In this document: piece after piece, positions 24,901 through 35,831 of the stretch
Layout of the letters: the number at the start of each line of letters is the position of its first letter
Numbering within the stretch: position 1 is the first letter of the stretch
Assembly: GCF_006345805.1 (NCBI RefSeq)
Contig: NC_043004.1
Coordinates: forward strand, 558,001 to 622,000
From: Octopus sinensis
Taxonomy: Eukaryota
Length of the DNA: 64,000 bases
Direction: 5' to 3'
Made by a program: the position numbers and the translations under genes
Notes under the pieces: generated by a model
Told to the model about the DNA's origin: nothing
Databases searched by the model: none
The model's input: only the letters and a program-made list of their open reading frames with translations

Positions 24901-25980
24901 TTGGCGTGCTAACGTTTCTGCCAGCTCACTGCCTGAATTACATATTAAATATTTATTTCTTTATTGCCCACAAGGGGACAAACAAGGACCGACAAAGGGA
25001 TTAAGTTGATTACATCGGCCCCAGTACGCAACTGGTACTTAATTTATCAATCCCGAAAGGATGAAAAGCAAAGTCGACCTTATTTCTTTACTGCCCACAA
25101 GGAGCTACACACAGAGGGGACAAACAAGGACAGACAAACAGATTAAGTCGATTATATTGACCCCAGTGCGTAACTGGTACTTATTTAATCAACCCCGAAA
25201 GGATGAAAGGCAAAGTCGACCTGGGCGCAATTTGAACTCAAAACGTAAAGATAGACAAAATACCGCTAAGCATTTTGCCTTGTGTGCTAACGATTCTGCC
25301 AGCTTGACGCCCGAAATAAATATTAAATCCCATTTAGAATAGGTGTGGTTGTGTGGTTAATAAGGCTGCTTCTTGACCATGTGGTCTTGGGTTCAGTCTC
25401 ATGGTGCAGCACCTTGAGCAAGTGTCTTCTACTGTAGCTCTGTGGGTGGATTTGGTTAATGGAAACTGAAAGAAGCCTGTTGTATGTGTATTTCTGTGTA
25501 CCCTGGTCTAGACATAATGTGAGTGTTGTAAATGAGCTTCACTGTTGTACAAGCGTGGGGAAAAGTTACTTTGCTTGGAAACAGGCAGGGAGTTGGCAGT
25601 AGGAAGGCGTGCAGCTGTTGAGAATCTGCCTCAGCGAATTGTTTGATCCATGCAATGTTAGAAGAGTTGCACGTTAAATGGTGATGGTGATGAGGATGAT
25701 GATTAGGATTTAGGATATGTCTTCTCTATCAATAAACCACATTAATTTTTTTATTGTTATGTATAGCAATTCTTTAGGTAAATTGTGAGCAAAGCATGAA
25801 ATATGGGAACACCGTAGAGAAAACAGGACTGATTGTATGTATTGCTTGTTTAGAAACTGGTTGGCATTAGGAAGGGCATCCAGACGTAGAAAACCATGCC
25901 AAGTTAGACTGGCGCCTGGTGCAGCCTTCCAACATAGTCAAACTGTCCAACTCATGCCAGCATGGACAACGGACGCTTGT

Positions 25981-26012
<32 letters not shown>

Positions 26013-26048
26013 GTGATGGTGATGGCGGCGACGACGAGGAGGAGGAGG

Positions 26049-26083
<35 letters not shown>

Positions 26084-29000
26084 TGCTCTTGCAATGGTTT
26101 TTATCATTGAATGAATATTCATTACATATAGCACACATATCAAACATTTTTTTAATTAAATTTTTTGTTCATGATGATGACAACGACCATCATCATCATC
26201 ATCACCGTCATCATCATTTAACATCTGTTTTCTATGCTGGTATGGGTTGGATGGTTTGACAGGATCCATCAAGCTGCAAAGCTGCATTGGGTGTCAGTCT
26301 CAGCTTTGGCAGGCTTTCCATAGCTGGATACCCTTCCTAACACTTGCCCTTCCTAATGCCATCTAGAATATCAAATATCCCCTTTCTAATGCCATCCAGA
26401 ATGTTAAATCACTGTAAGACATCCAAAATATTGTTGGTGGCAGGCTGAAATTCACCTGCCTCAAATCAACAGCACAGCACAGCACAGGTAAATTCATACA
26501 GCTTATACAAAATCCATGTACAAGGCTTTGGTCAGCCTGGGGCTATAGCACAAGACAGTTGCAGTGGGACTGGAACCAAAAGCCTGTGATAGGTAAGCAA
26601 ACTTCTTACCGTACAGCCATGCCTGTGCCTTAATGTTCTTCTTTTTTTAGGCACCAAGTCCAGAATATCGGACATAGGTGACCATGTCCTGCCACAATTC
26701 TCTGTTCTTTGTTCCCTATAACAGTTCCATTTCTTCCTGATGTTTAATGCCTCTTCCCTCCAACCAATTCTCCAAGTTTGCCATCCATATCCTCCTTCTT
26801 CCTCTGATTCTTTCCCCTTTAGTCTCTCCGGTCATCCCTAAATTCTCTAGGCCCTCTTTCCTCATCATGTGACCAAGAAATCTCAGTTACTTGGCCCTCA
26901 TCTCACAAAGTTTCCTATTTATCACAGCCTGGGTCATCACTTCGTTAGACCCTTTTATATGTCCAGGCTATCCTCAAAATTTTCCTTAAGAACCACATTT
27001 CATATCTCTCCAAGCACCTTCTCATTTCTAATGTTACAAACCATGCCTCACTTCCATATATCAACACAAGGTAGACATAGCACTCCAATGTATGGATCTT
27101 GGTCCTGCTTCTCAAAATGTTATACAATTTTGAGAATGCAGATTTTTACCAGCACCATTTGTCTTGATCTCGTTCACACATCTTATGTCTTCTGAGATCA
27201 AAGTTCCAAAATAGTTAAAGGATGATCCCTGCTTCATAATATTCTAATAAAATGAAACTTTACCAAGAACCTTAACATCTTCATCATACCTTTCTTTACA
27301 GAAATATTTCTCGCTTGAATTTACTATCTTTTACCCTCAAATTCAACTCCTATTTATTCACATTGTTTTGAGTTAATCCTGCATTATACAGTTCTGTATT
27401 TAAGAGATGAGAAATTATGTACATTATTTACATTATTTACCTTGTTTACATTTGATGGATATTTGTCCTCATCTTGTTTGTTGTTAACACAACGTTTCGG
27501 CTGATATACCCTCCAGCCTTCATCAGGTGTCTTGGGGAAATTTTGAAACTGGGTTCTTATTCCTAAGGTATTTTTCAATGTTGTCGTTGTTATTATTATT
27601 ATTATTATTATTATTAAGGTCACTGCCTGGAATCGAACTTGGAATCTTGGGTTTACTAGCCAGACCACTACGGCATATGCCTGTGGGCATCTGGCGTAGT
27701 GGTGACCTGAATGATAATAATAATAATAATAATAATAATAACATCAACAACATCGAAAAATACCTTAGGAATGAGAACCCAGGTTTGAAATTTCCTCAAG
27801 ACACCTGATGAAGGCTGGAGAGTATATCAGCCAAAACGTTGTGTTAACAACAAATAAGATGAGGACAAATATCCATCAAATGTAAATAATGTAATCTTGC
27901 ATTATCTCAGCAACAAGATTTTGATGATCTGTATGTTTGTCTTTAGAATGAAATTGTAGGGTAGGTGTGAGAGGCAGGATCTAATCAGTTTGAACGAAAA
28001 ACATGAATATTTGGGCCAGACATGGTCGGTTTAAATACTGAAAGGGTTAACCTTTCTTCCTTCTTGATTTGCAGAGTAATTGTCGAGCGTTAGTCAGTTC
28101 ATGTGGAATCCCTGGATCAAATCCCCAGCTTGAAGTTTTGCTCCAGTGGATTGTTGCTTCATACATCCAAACTCCAGTTTTTATATGTTACACAAAGCAA
28201 AGTGAAAAACTTGTCAGGGTGAGTAAAGAACACTCGTTTATTCTGTAATGCTTCTTTTTTTTTATAATCTTTGGTGGGCGTGGCCGTTGCCAGTACCACC
28301 AAACTGGCCCTCGTGCCGGTGGCACGTAAAAGCACCCACTACATTCTTGGAGTGGTTGGCATTAGGAAGGGCATCCAGCTGTAGAAACTCTGCCAGATCA
28401 GATTGAAGTCTGGTTCGCCAGACCTCAGTTGAATCGTCCAACCCATGCTAGCATGGAAAGCAGACGTTAAATGATGATGATGATGATGATGTTACATGAT
28501 CATGAGCAGACTATTGGATGTTGTTATACATCGCTGATCACTGTGCACTTTGCATTGTTTTAGCTTTTGAATGATGTCACTGCATTGGCTAGGTGAGCAG
28601 GCTAACACCTTCCCCTGATCAGGAGGCTAGTCCATTGCGGGTGTGACCCATTTACAGCTGAATGGATTGGAGCAATGCTAAATGAAGCATTTTGCTCAAG
28701 AACACAACACATTGCCCAGTCCAGGAATTGAACTCGGCATGTAAAAAGCATCATCCAAACGTGGCCGATGCCAGTACCCACTGACTGGCTCCTGTGCCAG
28801 TGACACATAAAAAGCACTATCCGAATGTGATCAATGCTAGGCCTACCTGACTGGCTCCTGTGCCAGTGGCATGTAAAATCCTCTCTCCAAATGTGATCAA
28901 TGCCAGGGCCGCCTGACTGGCTCCTGTGCTGGTGGCAAGTAAAATGTACCCACTACACTCTTAGAGTGGTTGGTGTTAGGAAGGGCATCCAGCTGTAGAA

Positions 29001-29771
29001 ACCTTGCCAGATCAGATTGGAGCCTGGTGCAGCCTTCTGGCTCGCCAGTCCTCAGTCAAACCTTCCAGTCAGTCAGGTGGCACAGACATCAGCCACACTC
29101 GAATGGTGCTTTTTATATGCCACCTTGTATTAATTGTTTGTTGGGACACCACCTGTGTGTGTGTATGTGTGAGTGTATACATGCATACATACATACAGGT
29201 GTGTGTGTGTGTGTAGAGGCATGTGTCTTAGTGGTTAAAGGTGTTGCACTCATGGTCGTAAGATTGTGGTTTCAGTTCCTGGACTGGGCGATGCATTGTG
29301 TTCTTAAGCAAAACACTTCATTTCACTTTGCTCCAGTCCACTCAGCTGGCAAAAGCGAGTAGTTTGAGACTGACCAGTGTCCTGTTTGGGGGGAGTAATA
29401 TATATGTGCCACAGAATCTGAGAAACCAGCCTCGTGAATGTGTAACTTGCGAAAGACTTTTGATCCTTTGATATATTTACACACACACGCACACAAACAA
29501 TATGTTTCCACAGTGGGATTGAATTAAGAACCATGAAGAGAAGCTATTCTTTTATTCCTCTATTTGCTTCAGACATTTGTCTGTGGCCATGCTGGAGCAC
29601 TGCCATTAGTTGAACAGGCAGACATCCCCTCCAGACTTATTCTTTGTAAGCCTAGTACTTATTCTATCGGTATCTTTTGCTGAACCGCTAAGTTACGGAG
29701 ACATAAACACTCCAACATATGTTGTGGTGGTGATGGGGTGGGGACAAACACACACACAAACATATACATAT

Positions 29772-29821
<50 letters not shown>

Positions 29822-30462
29822 GACAGGCTTCTTTCAGTTTCCCTCTACCAAATCCACTCACAAGGCTTTGGTTGGCCTGAGGCTGTAGTAGAAGACACTT
29901 GCCCAAGGTGCCACACAGTGGGACTGAACCCGGAACCATGTGGCTGGTAAGCAAGCTACTTACCACACAGCCACTCCTGCGCCTCTGTTTGCATATTATT
30001 TATAATTTCCCAGTTTCTGTAAGAAAACGATATTCTCTGTCTCAATGTTGTTTCTCTTTCATGTTTCAGTTTCCCGATGTGGTCAGCATTGTCCAAGCAA
30101 AGTGCTGGACTGTTGGTGATCTGATGTGTACTGTACATAAGTTCTGTAACCAGGCTCTTGAGCAGTTGGACTCTGAAGGAATAATTACATTAGATTTATT
30201 CGAAGAAGTCCTCATATCTGCCCATCGTTGTCGTCCTGTTCTTGAAATGTCTCCAGATGACGCCACTGTTATTGCTGAAGTGCCTACAAGCGATTCCACT
30301 GTTGTCAACCTGCCACTTGAATATGTCACCTCTAGCAACAACAACAACAATGATGATGATAATGGTAATGTTGTTCCGGCTGTATCCGAAAATGACCAAA
30401 TCCTTCCTACCACTCTCCTCCCTTCTGAGAGTGATACAGTAATTGATGACGATCCTGACTGA
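9391..30462 (+). CDS. PARG-like: PARG-family (poly(ADP-ribose) glycohydrolase-like) gene, 10 coding exons, ~1397 aa, with ~845-aa insertion in the catalytic domain
   Basis: Exons 9385/9391-9790, 11896-12037, 12987-13086, 13794-13913, 15229-15285, 18409-18576, 19934-20288, 21149-23463, 28075-28218, 30070-30462. All have AG/GT ends with matching phases; total 4194 nt = 1398 codons. Motifs occur in canonical PARG order: IFPAVIDMAC..IPLC, ISCAFLCLFP..INF, KLRCILHYFRRV, FANRFLGG..Q/EE, PELL..NEAI..GFEKFSEFSGY, RDLNK..GF, LLQWIVAS, WTVGDL. Confidence 0.9.
9940..10320 (-). mobile_element. tRNA-head SINE family C, representative copy (also 14740-14980, 24950-25310, 52408-52620)
   Basis: Minus strand reads ggcgagctggcagaa.cgttagcacgcc..gagttcaaattccgccgaggtc..ctggggtcgat. 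Confidence 0.8.
11896..12037 (+). CDS. PARG-like: PARG-like exon 2
   Basis: TKSIAVSRNLMSAIISCAFLCLFPERKKEKTSRLNNINFSNFFRYLP; resembles canonical [22 protein letters not shown]..INF. Phase 1 to 2. Absent from the ORF track. Confidence 0.9.
12987..13086 (+). CDS. PARG-like: PARG-like exon 3
   Basis: QSQCAKLRCILHYFRRVASAGQYFTGEIEIQRQ (canonical EKLKTLFCYFRRV..G.VTFTRQ). Phase 2 to 0. Confidence 0.9.
13794..13913 (+). CDS. PARG-like: PARG-like exon 4
   Basis: VMEPRKRPTLETWKNCSTSLCPIYVRENGKTYDASSATLK; tag acceptor, aag|gttggt donor. Phase 0 to 0. Confidence 0.85.
14397..14442 (-). ncRNA. hammerhead ribozyme motif of the same family
   Basis: GGCAC CUGAUGA AGGCUG..CAGAC GAAAC GUU GUGUU; one mismatch in stem II. 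Confidence 0.65.
15229..15285 (+). CDS. PARG-like: PARG-like exon 5 (first half of catalytic loop)
   Basis: IGFANRFLGGHILSKGRCQ (canonical VDFANRFVGGGVTSAGLVQ); ttcag / cag|gtagg. Confidence 0.9.
15670..16030. repeat. compound (CTAT)n/(CTGT)n microsatellite; numerous (AT)n, (CA)n and (GAT)n tracts elsewhere
   Basis: Seen directly; it generates the spurious LSVYLSIC-type ORFs. Confidence 0.95.
16276..16660 (+). mobile_element. tRNA-head SINE family A, representative copy of many (e.g. 505-905 -, 3030-3535 +, 29560-29985 -, 59180-59535 -)
   Basis: caggagtggctgtgtggta..ggttcagtcccactgc head, microsatellite core, ...gactgaaacaagtaaaaga tail. Confidence 0.85.
17295..17850 (+). mobile_element. 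3' fragment of an RTE-type LINE
   Basis: RLYDACVQTAMLHGSETW...GRGRPRKTWDEVVKHDLQTLGL..DRDLWR, followed by 3' UTR. Confidence 0.85.
18409..18576 (+). CDS. PARG-like: PARG-like exon 6 (catalytic EE and Tyr-clasp region)
   Basis: EEIIYMTCPELLASTLFMEAMDDNEAITIKGFEKFSEFSGYGENLKFSGNYCDKAS; ccag / gtgagt. Confidence 0.92.
19115..19400 (-). mobile_element. 3' fragment of an RTE-type LINE
   Basis: RRRKPRKTWNKVQKANLKMLNLTKEM, homologous to 17582-17764. Confidence 0.7.
19934..20288 (+). CDS. PARG-like: PARG-like exon 7 (AINTL..RDLNK..GF, then start of the insertion)
   Basis: RKSDGNLETMLSAINTLPYKFNNQQKQYMDRYLLRDLNKCLVGF followed by an acidic linker; donor g|gttggt (phase 1). Confidence 0.88.
20372..20600. 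repeat. near-perfect fold-back palindrome, ~110-bp arms, 9-nt loop
   Basis: Arms 20372-20481 and 20491-20600 are reverse complements; same family as the termini at 36550-36941. Confidence 0.9.
21149..23463 (+). CDS. PARG-like: PARG-like exon 8: 2315-nt exon encoding a Ser/Asp-rich insertion with repeated amphipathic helices
   Basis: Lies within the 784-aa open frame 21133-23487. The tgtag acceptor matches the phase 1 of exon 7 and the aaa|gtaagt donor matches the phase 0 of exon 9. Confidence 0.88.
26650..27260 (-). mobile_element. decayed RTE-type LINE fragment
   Basis: KIHTLECYVYLVLIYGSEAW..EMWFLRKILRIAWT. Confidence 0.7.
27486..27531 (-). ncRNA. minimal type I hammerhead ribozyme motif (Penelope-type), intact core
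   Basis: GACAC CUGAUGA A GGCUG-loop-CAGCC GAAAC GUU GUGUU; stems I and II pair; stem III is the palindrome ACGU. Confidence 0.75.
27800..27845 (+). ncRNA. hammerhead copy with core mutation GAAA>AAAA (probably inactive)
   Basis: GACAC CUGAUGA AGGCUG..CAGCC AAAAC GUU GUGUU. Confidence 0.6.
28075..28218 (+). CDS. PARG-like: PARG-like exon 9 (degenerate GCGAFGG loop)
   Basis: SNCRALVSSCGIPGSNPQLEVLLQWIVASYIQTPVFICYTKQSEKLVR (canonical [25 protein letters not shown]..YFT); gcag / gtgagt. Absent from the ORF track. Confidence 0.85.
30070..30462 (+). CDS. PARG-like: PARG-like terminal coding exon
   Basis: FPDVVSIVQAKCWTVGDLMCTVHKF (canonical LTVGDVYKLL), an acidic tail, then TGA at 30460-30462. 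Confidence 0.88.
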   Translation, partial: FPDVVSIVQAKCWTVGDLMCTVHKFCNQALEQLDSEGIITLDLFEEVLISAHRCRPVLEMSPDDATVIAEVPTSDSTVVNLPLEYVTSSNNNNNDDDNGNVVPAVSENDQILPTTLLPSESDTVIDDDPD

Positions 30463-31806
30463 ATTCTTGCAGGAATGGATTGGGAGTTTTTAAAAAATTG
30501 TCACTGATAGTCAGAGGTTAAATTTTTTTTATCAGTTTTTTTTTTTTTTTTTTTCACCTTCCCACTGGCTCTGTTATGGTTGCTGCTTCTCAACTTCTTC
30601 TTTCTGAAAGTACCAAGATGCTATAAAGAAAGAAAGAAGATATAGAACCAAAACAAATATGAAAGCGAAGAACCACTTTGTATGTTCATCTTTGTTATGG
30701 ATGTCCATTTTTTAGAGTAGGAGAGATAGACTGGAGTTGTTGCAATAAGGATGGGCGTATACTGTTTACCCCGTCCTTGATGTGTTGCTTAAGATTATTC
30801 TGTTACCTTTTGGGCGAAGGTACGTTGCTGCTGTTGCCACAGAATGTATTGTTTTTTTTTTTTCTTTTACTGTTGAAAATCCCTGCCGAGTCATTGTTTC
30901 CTGAATCCAGTTGCCAGTATGGTTGCATTTCAAGATAAAGATCCTGTAAATGTTTGAAAAAGAAGTGTTTAAGTTTGCGAACCAAATTTGTATGAAATCT
31001 TACTCTTGTCAGTAATGGAATGCTTTCAACTGAAAGTTCAAAAAGGGAAAAAAAATGGTTGGTACCAACAACCAGAATGTCTACTTAAATGTTTGTTTAC
31101 CAAAAGCCTGTGTATAGTAAAACAAAATACAAAAAAAAAAAATCTGAAGAATTAACTTTCTATTTTCTTAATATGTTTATTTATTATTTTGTTATCTTTT
31201 ATTATTTGAGTTTAGTGAACGAGAATATAGTTTTGTTGATCTTGTTTGTGTCTTGGACTAATTCTTGCTGCCAAAAATGGTTGTTTTGAATAAACACCTC
31301 TTCTCCCATTCCAAAAATAGATGAAAAAAAAAATGTAAAAAAAATTGCAAAATTTGCTATTCATAAAATATTTTGGATTATTATCACCTGACTAATTAAT
31401 GCAAGTGATAATGATGATAATAATTGTGGAGAACTATCATAGAATTAAAAAACAAAAAATATACATATATTTTGCCTGTTTTTTTTTTTTAATTTGTATG
31501 TTTTATGATGTGTTTTCATGAGTCAGAACATGTCTATCACTTCTTAAAAGGCTACATTTAAAACTAGGCAGTGAAATAATTTAAGCTGTTTTGTGTCATC
31601 TCAACTTGAAAAAAACTTTTTTTTTAAATCAACCCTTCCCACAAAAAAAATTGAACTAAATTAAACTAAAATAAAAAGAAAAACAATAAAAATTCTTACC
31701 AAAAACGAAACAGCTGATCAGAGGGAAATATTAGCTGCTAGCTGAAACTATTTTATTTCATCTTCTCTCTCTAGTGTCTCGTTTAAAACCCAGTTGTATT
31801 AATAAA
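30463..31806 (+). other. probable 3' UTR of the PARG-like gene with candidate polyA signals
   Basis: About 1.3 kb of SINE-free AU-rich sequence after the stop, unusual in this window; AATAAA at 31289 and 31801. Confidence 0.55.
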
Positions 31807-32153
31807 TGTTTGTAATTGTAAAAGAAAAAAAAAGAAAAAACTGAACAACAAAAAATCTCTAATCAGTTTTAAATGTAATGAGAAGGTAAAACAGAATATA
31901 TTATATTTTATGTTGAAGTTTTAAAACTTAGGCATTGTGTATGGAACTCCATAAATGAATAATTAAAACATTATTATTATTATGATTATTATTATTATTA
32001 TTTGCGTTTTGAAGGAGTGGACACTTGTTTGTGGCTTGTAAGTTTTCTTTAGCATTTGTTTTATTAGTGTTCCAAATTTTGTTGGACTGCTCACTAAATA
32101 ACCCAGCTCACTGCAAGCAAATTGAGCTGATTTGGTGGGAATTCTCCCTTTAA

Positions 32154-33220
32154 CCCTTTCGTTACGAAACCGCCCGAAAAAAATTTTGGTTAATGTGACC
32201 AAGCCGCCCGAATTTACCTATTCATATTTAAATGAGAATATCAGAGCAAATCTCTTTAGCACATTCGTGAAAATACATATTATACTTCGTAAAGAGTTTA
32301 ACTAGTTTTGTACAAAAATCGAAGTGTAATTTTAATTCCGTGAATTTTGGGAGATTTTTTTCCGAAATTTGTTCCTATTGTGTTTTCAAAATTTGTAATT
32401 CTGACAAAAAATGGATATGAATTTCATTATATCAAGCAGCGAGTCAGAATTCGAAGGATTTTCTACTGAAGACCTTCATAAATCTAACTCTATGACTGAA
32501 AAAAAAAAGCATGTGGTATTTGATAATGAATCTGATGTTTCATTTTCCGAAAGTGAAAACAGTGAATCCGAGATCTCCGACAGCGATAAAGAAAATGAAT
32601 TGGCACCTGAATGGAGTGAAAATTGAAAAACTGTTTCTTTTCGGTGATTTTTCTGAAGAAACTGGACCAAGCCACAGACTTTCCCAGGAGAGTAAAGCCT
32701 TAGACTATTTCTTTTTACTTTTTCGAATGAGCCTATTTGAAATCATTACGGCGAAAACGAACCGTTACGCTAAACGTAAACAAAGCGAAAGAAAGGATAC
32801 TTTGTGGTTTCCCATAACCTTAAATGAAATTAAGACTATTTTGCCATAAATATTATTATAGGTATCAGAAAGTTACCCAGAATAACAAATTCTATCGTAA
32901 AATTTTGTTGTATACCCAATTGAATATTAGCTAATAACCCATTTTCTATAGCGATGTTTGAACAAAATTTTAATAATTTTATATTTTGTTGAATTTACCT
33001 GTATCTACCTGCAATTAGAGTCACTTTGTGACAAAAATTATAGTATAGAATTGGTTGAGAACATTTTATTAAATTATCTTCCAAAATTCACGTTAATATA
33101 TTGATAAATAAAAAAGTTATAGAGTTGTTTAATGAAACCAGACTAAATTTATGATTACGTTAGAAATTAATTGAAACACATAAGGGGTGTATTTTGATCA
33201 GAAATATAGTAACGAAAGGG
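32154..33220 (+). mobile_element. piggyBac internal-deletion derivative
   Basis: TTAA|CCCTTTCGTTAC ... GTAACGAAAGGG|TTAA. Decayed transposase N-terminus at about 32411-32890 (acidic leader; ALDYFFLLF..TNRYA..W.PITLNEIK). Confidence 0.9.
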
Positions 33221-33856
33221 TTAAGAGCGAATTTTAAGTTTTAGAATTGGAAATTTGATATTACAAAACAAAAATAAAATATCAGTATGGTTTCTTAAAT
33301 CGAGTGATGGCTGTTGGAACAGCCGTTATGACATTGTTTTCCTACCACTAGTTGATGTGGTCGAGAGATGAAGCACTGATAACAGCAGCAACAAAAACAA
33401 GAGTAGCAACAAAAGCAGAAGCACGGATTCCACCACCAATGTGGAGGGCATATCAGCCGAAACATTGGGTTAACAAACAAGATGAGGACAAATATCCGTC
33501 AAATGTAAATAATGTAAATAATGTAGCGTCATATATATATAAACAATTTATAAACAAGGGCAAAAGAAAATTATTCCTATGCCAATATGCTGATAACAGA
33601 CTTTTAAATTGTCAATTTGTACATATTATAATATACCCACTACAGAAATATATTGTGCTGAAATCGAGTGCAACGTAGTGGGTATATAATAATATGTGGA
33701 AATTGACAATTTAAAAGTCTGTTATCAGCATATTGGCATAGAAATAATTTTCTTTTGTCCTTGTTTATAATTTTAACCTTTGAAGATATTTTAATATGCT
33801 GCCACTTTTTTGGTGAAATTTTTTCTGTAAAAAAACTTCATCCTATATATATGTAT

Positions 33857-35831
33857 ATGATGATGGCCGTCCACTTGTGACCGAGGAAGACCATTGCTGA
33901 CCTTAGGGACATTGTGCGCTCTGGGACTAACTTATATTTTACATTTGCGGCTCCGTTGGTGGCTAATGAGCCCTGCTCTTGACAAGCATACATGACTGCA
34001 AACATTGCAGACCAAGCTTTCCCCATTCACTATACAAGCCGTGCGCTTTCGCGGAGCTTGCTTAAGTTCTTCATGCTGGATACGTGCTCTCTCAAAAGTG
34101 TCGGTCCCCTCCTTCCTCTATCTGTGGCGATGACAGGCATTGCTCTCCCAGTCAGTGTCCTGTATATCACAGGCCTTTAATGAGGACTTGACACAGTCCT
34201 TAAATTGCAGCTTTGGTTTCTGCCAGAGTCTCCTTCCATTCACAAGTTCATAGAGCATCTGGTTAGGAATCCTTCTATCCTTCATTCTAATAAGGTGTCC
34301 GGTCCAACGTAACTGGTGCTTGTGCACCATCGCCTCAATACTCAAGATATCAGCTGTCCTCAGGATCTGTGTGTCTGGAATTTTTGAGGTCCAGCCAACA
34401 TTGAGAATGTGTCTGAGACATTTCTGATGAAAGCGTTCAAGGACCCTTACCTGATATTTGTACAGAGTCCATGTCTCACATGAGTAGAGGAGCGATGTCA
34501 GTACACAGCAACTTTTGTTCTCCTTGCGATGCCATGTTGGGACCAGACATGAGACTGAAGAGACTGGAAGGAATTAGTTGCTTTCTGCAAGCTTGTCTAC
34601 TACCTTCAGAATTGTTCCTTCAACCAAGATAGCTGGTTCTATATATGGATTTCCTGGTGCAGGCTGGAACATTACAACAGTCTTGTCCAGGCTAATGCTG
34701 AGTCCAAATGCCCTGCAAGAAGCAGAAATGCAATTCATGAGTATTTGCATGTCATCCACTGTATGAGTGAATAAGTCACAGTCATCTGCATAAAGGAGGT
34801 CACGAATAATAGACTGGGAAACCTTTGAATTGGCAGCAAATTGGCGAAGATTAAAGAGGCGGCCAGAGGATCGATATCTGACATATATTCCCAGAGATTT
34901 AACCTTAGCAAAAGCATGAGTAAAAGCAGCAGCAAAGTACAAAGAAAAGAGAGTTGGGGCAAGGATGTCACCCTGCTTGACACCATTCTCTACAGGAATG
35001 GGCCCACCATGGTACCACCAACATTGACCCAAGCCTCCATCCCATCATGAAATGATTTAATTATAGCTACAAAGTGATCCAGACATCCAAGTTTGCCAAG
35101 TATTTTCCACAGAAAGGCCCTATTTACAGTATCAAAGGCCTTTGTTAAATCAATGAATACCTGGACAAAATCCATATTCTGCTCATAGCACTTCTGCATC
35201 TGTCTTGCTGTGAAAATCATATCCATTGTCCCTCTACCAGATCGGAAGCCACATTGAGATTCAGACAGGACATCATTTACGAGACACCCATTCAGACGGG
35301 TAAGAAGAATATTTGCCAGAACCTTGCCAGCAGCTGATAGTAGAGCAATAACGCTGTAGTTACCACACATTGTTCTGGCTCCTTTTCCTTTATATAGAGA
35401 AGAATAATTGCATCCTTCCAGTCCTTAGGGATTGCACCATCCCTCCAGACTGCACTAATAAGTTCATGAAGGGACTGTGTAATGCAATTACCACCAAATC
35501 GCAAGACCTCAGCACAAATTCCATCCTTTCCAGGTGCCCTACCAAGATTCAATTTACTTATTGATGTCATCACTTCATCTATTGAGAGCGAGGAGTCTAA
35601 GGAGCCAATGATAGGTCTTTGTTGCGTAGTATCAATCACTGTTTCATCCACAACTGACTCATGGTTTAGGAGTTCAGAGAAGTGTTCGATCCAGCGACCT
35701 GTGATTTCTGTTGATTTAGTAAACTGAGTGGAAGACTCCTTGGGAAGCAAAGGAGCTGATGTGGAGCTCTTAGGTCCATAAGCTCGCTTCATAAGATGGT
35801 AAAGCTTCTTGCTGTCATTTGCATATGACAC
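33857..35831 (-). mobile_element. 5'-truncated, frameshifted RTE-clade LINE
   Basis: RT motifs ESQCGFRSGRGT.DMIF, FIDLTKAFDTVNR, GVKQG..LAP.LF and LLYADD; thumb region YSCETW..LRWTGH; C-terminal CxxC..GLISH; (ATC)n tail; internal deletion near 34575. Confidence 0.9.

Noticed and set aside
25867-26147. Poly-Asp/His/Ser ORFs
   Set aside because: (GAT)n tail of a SINE.
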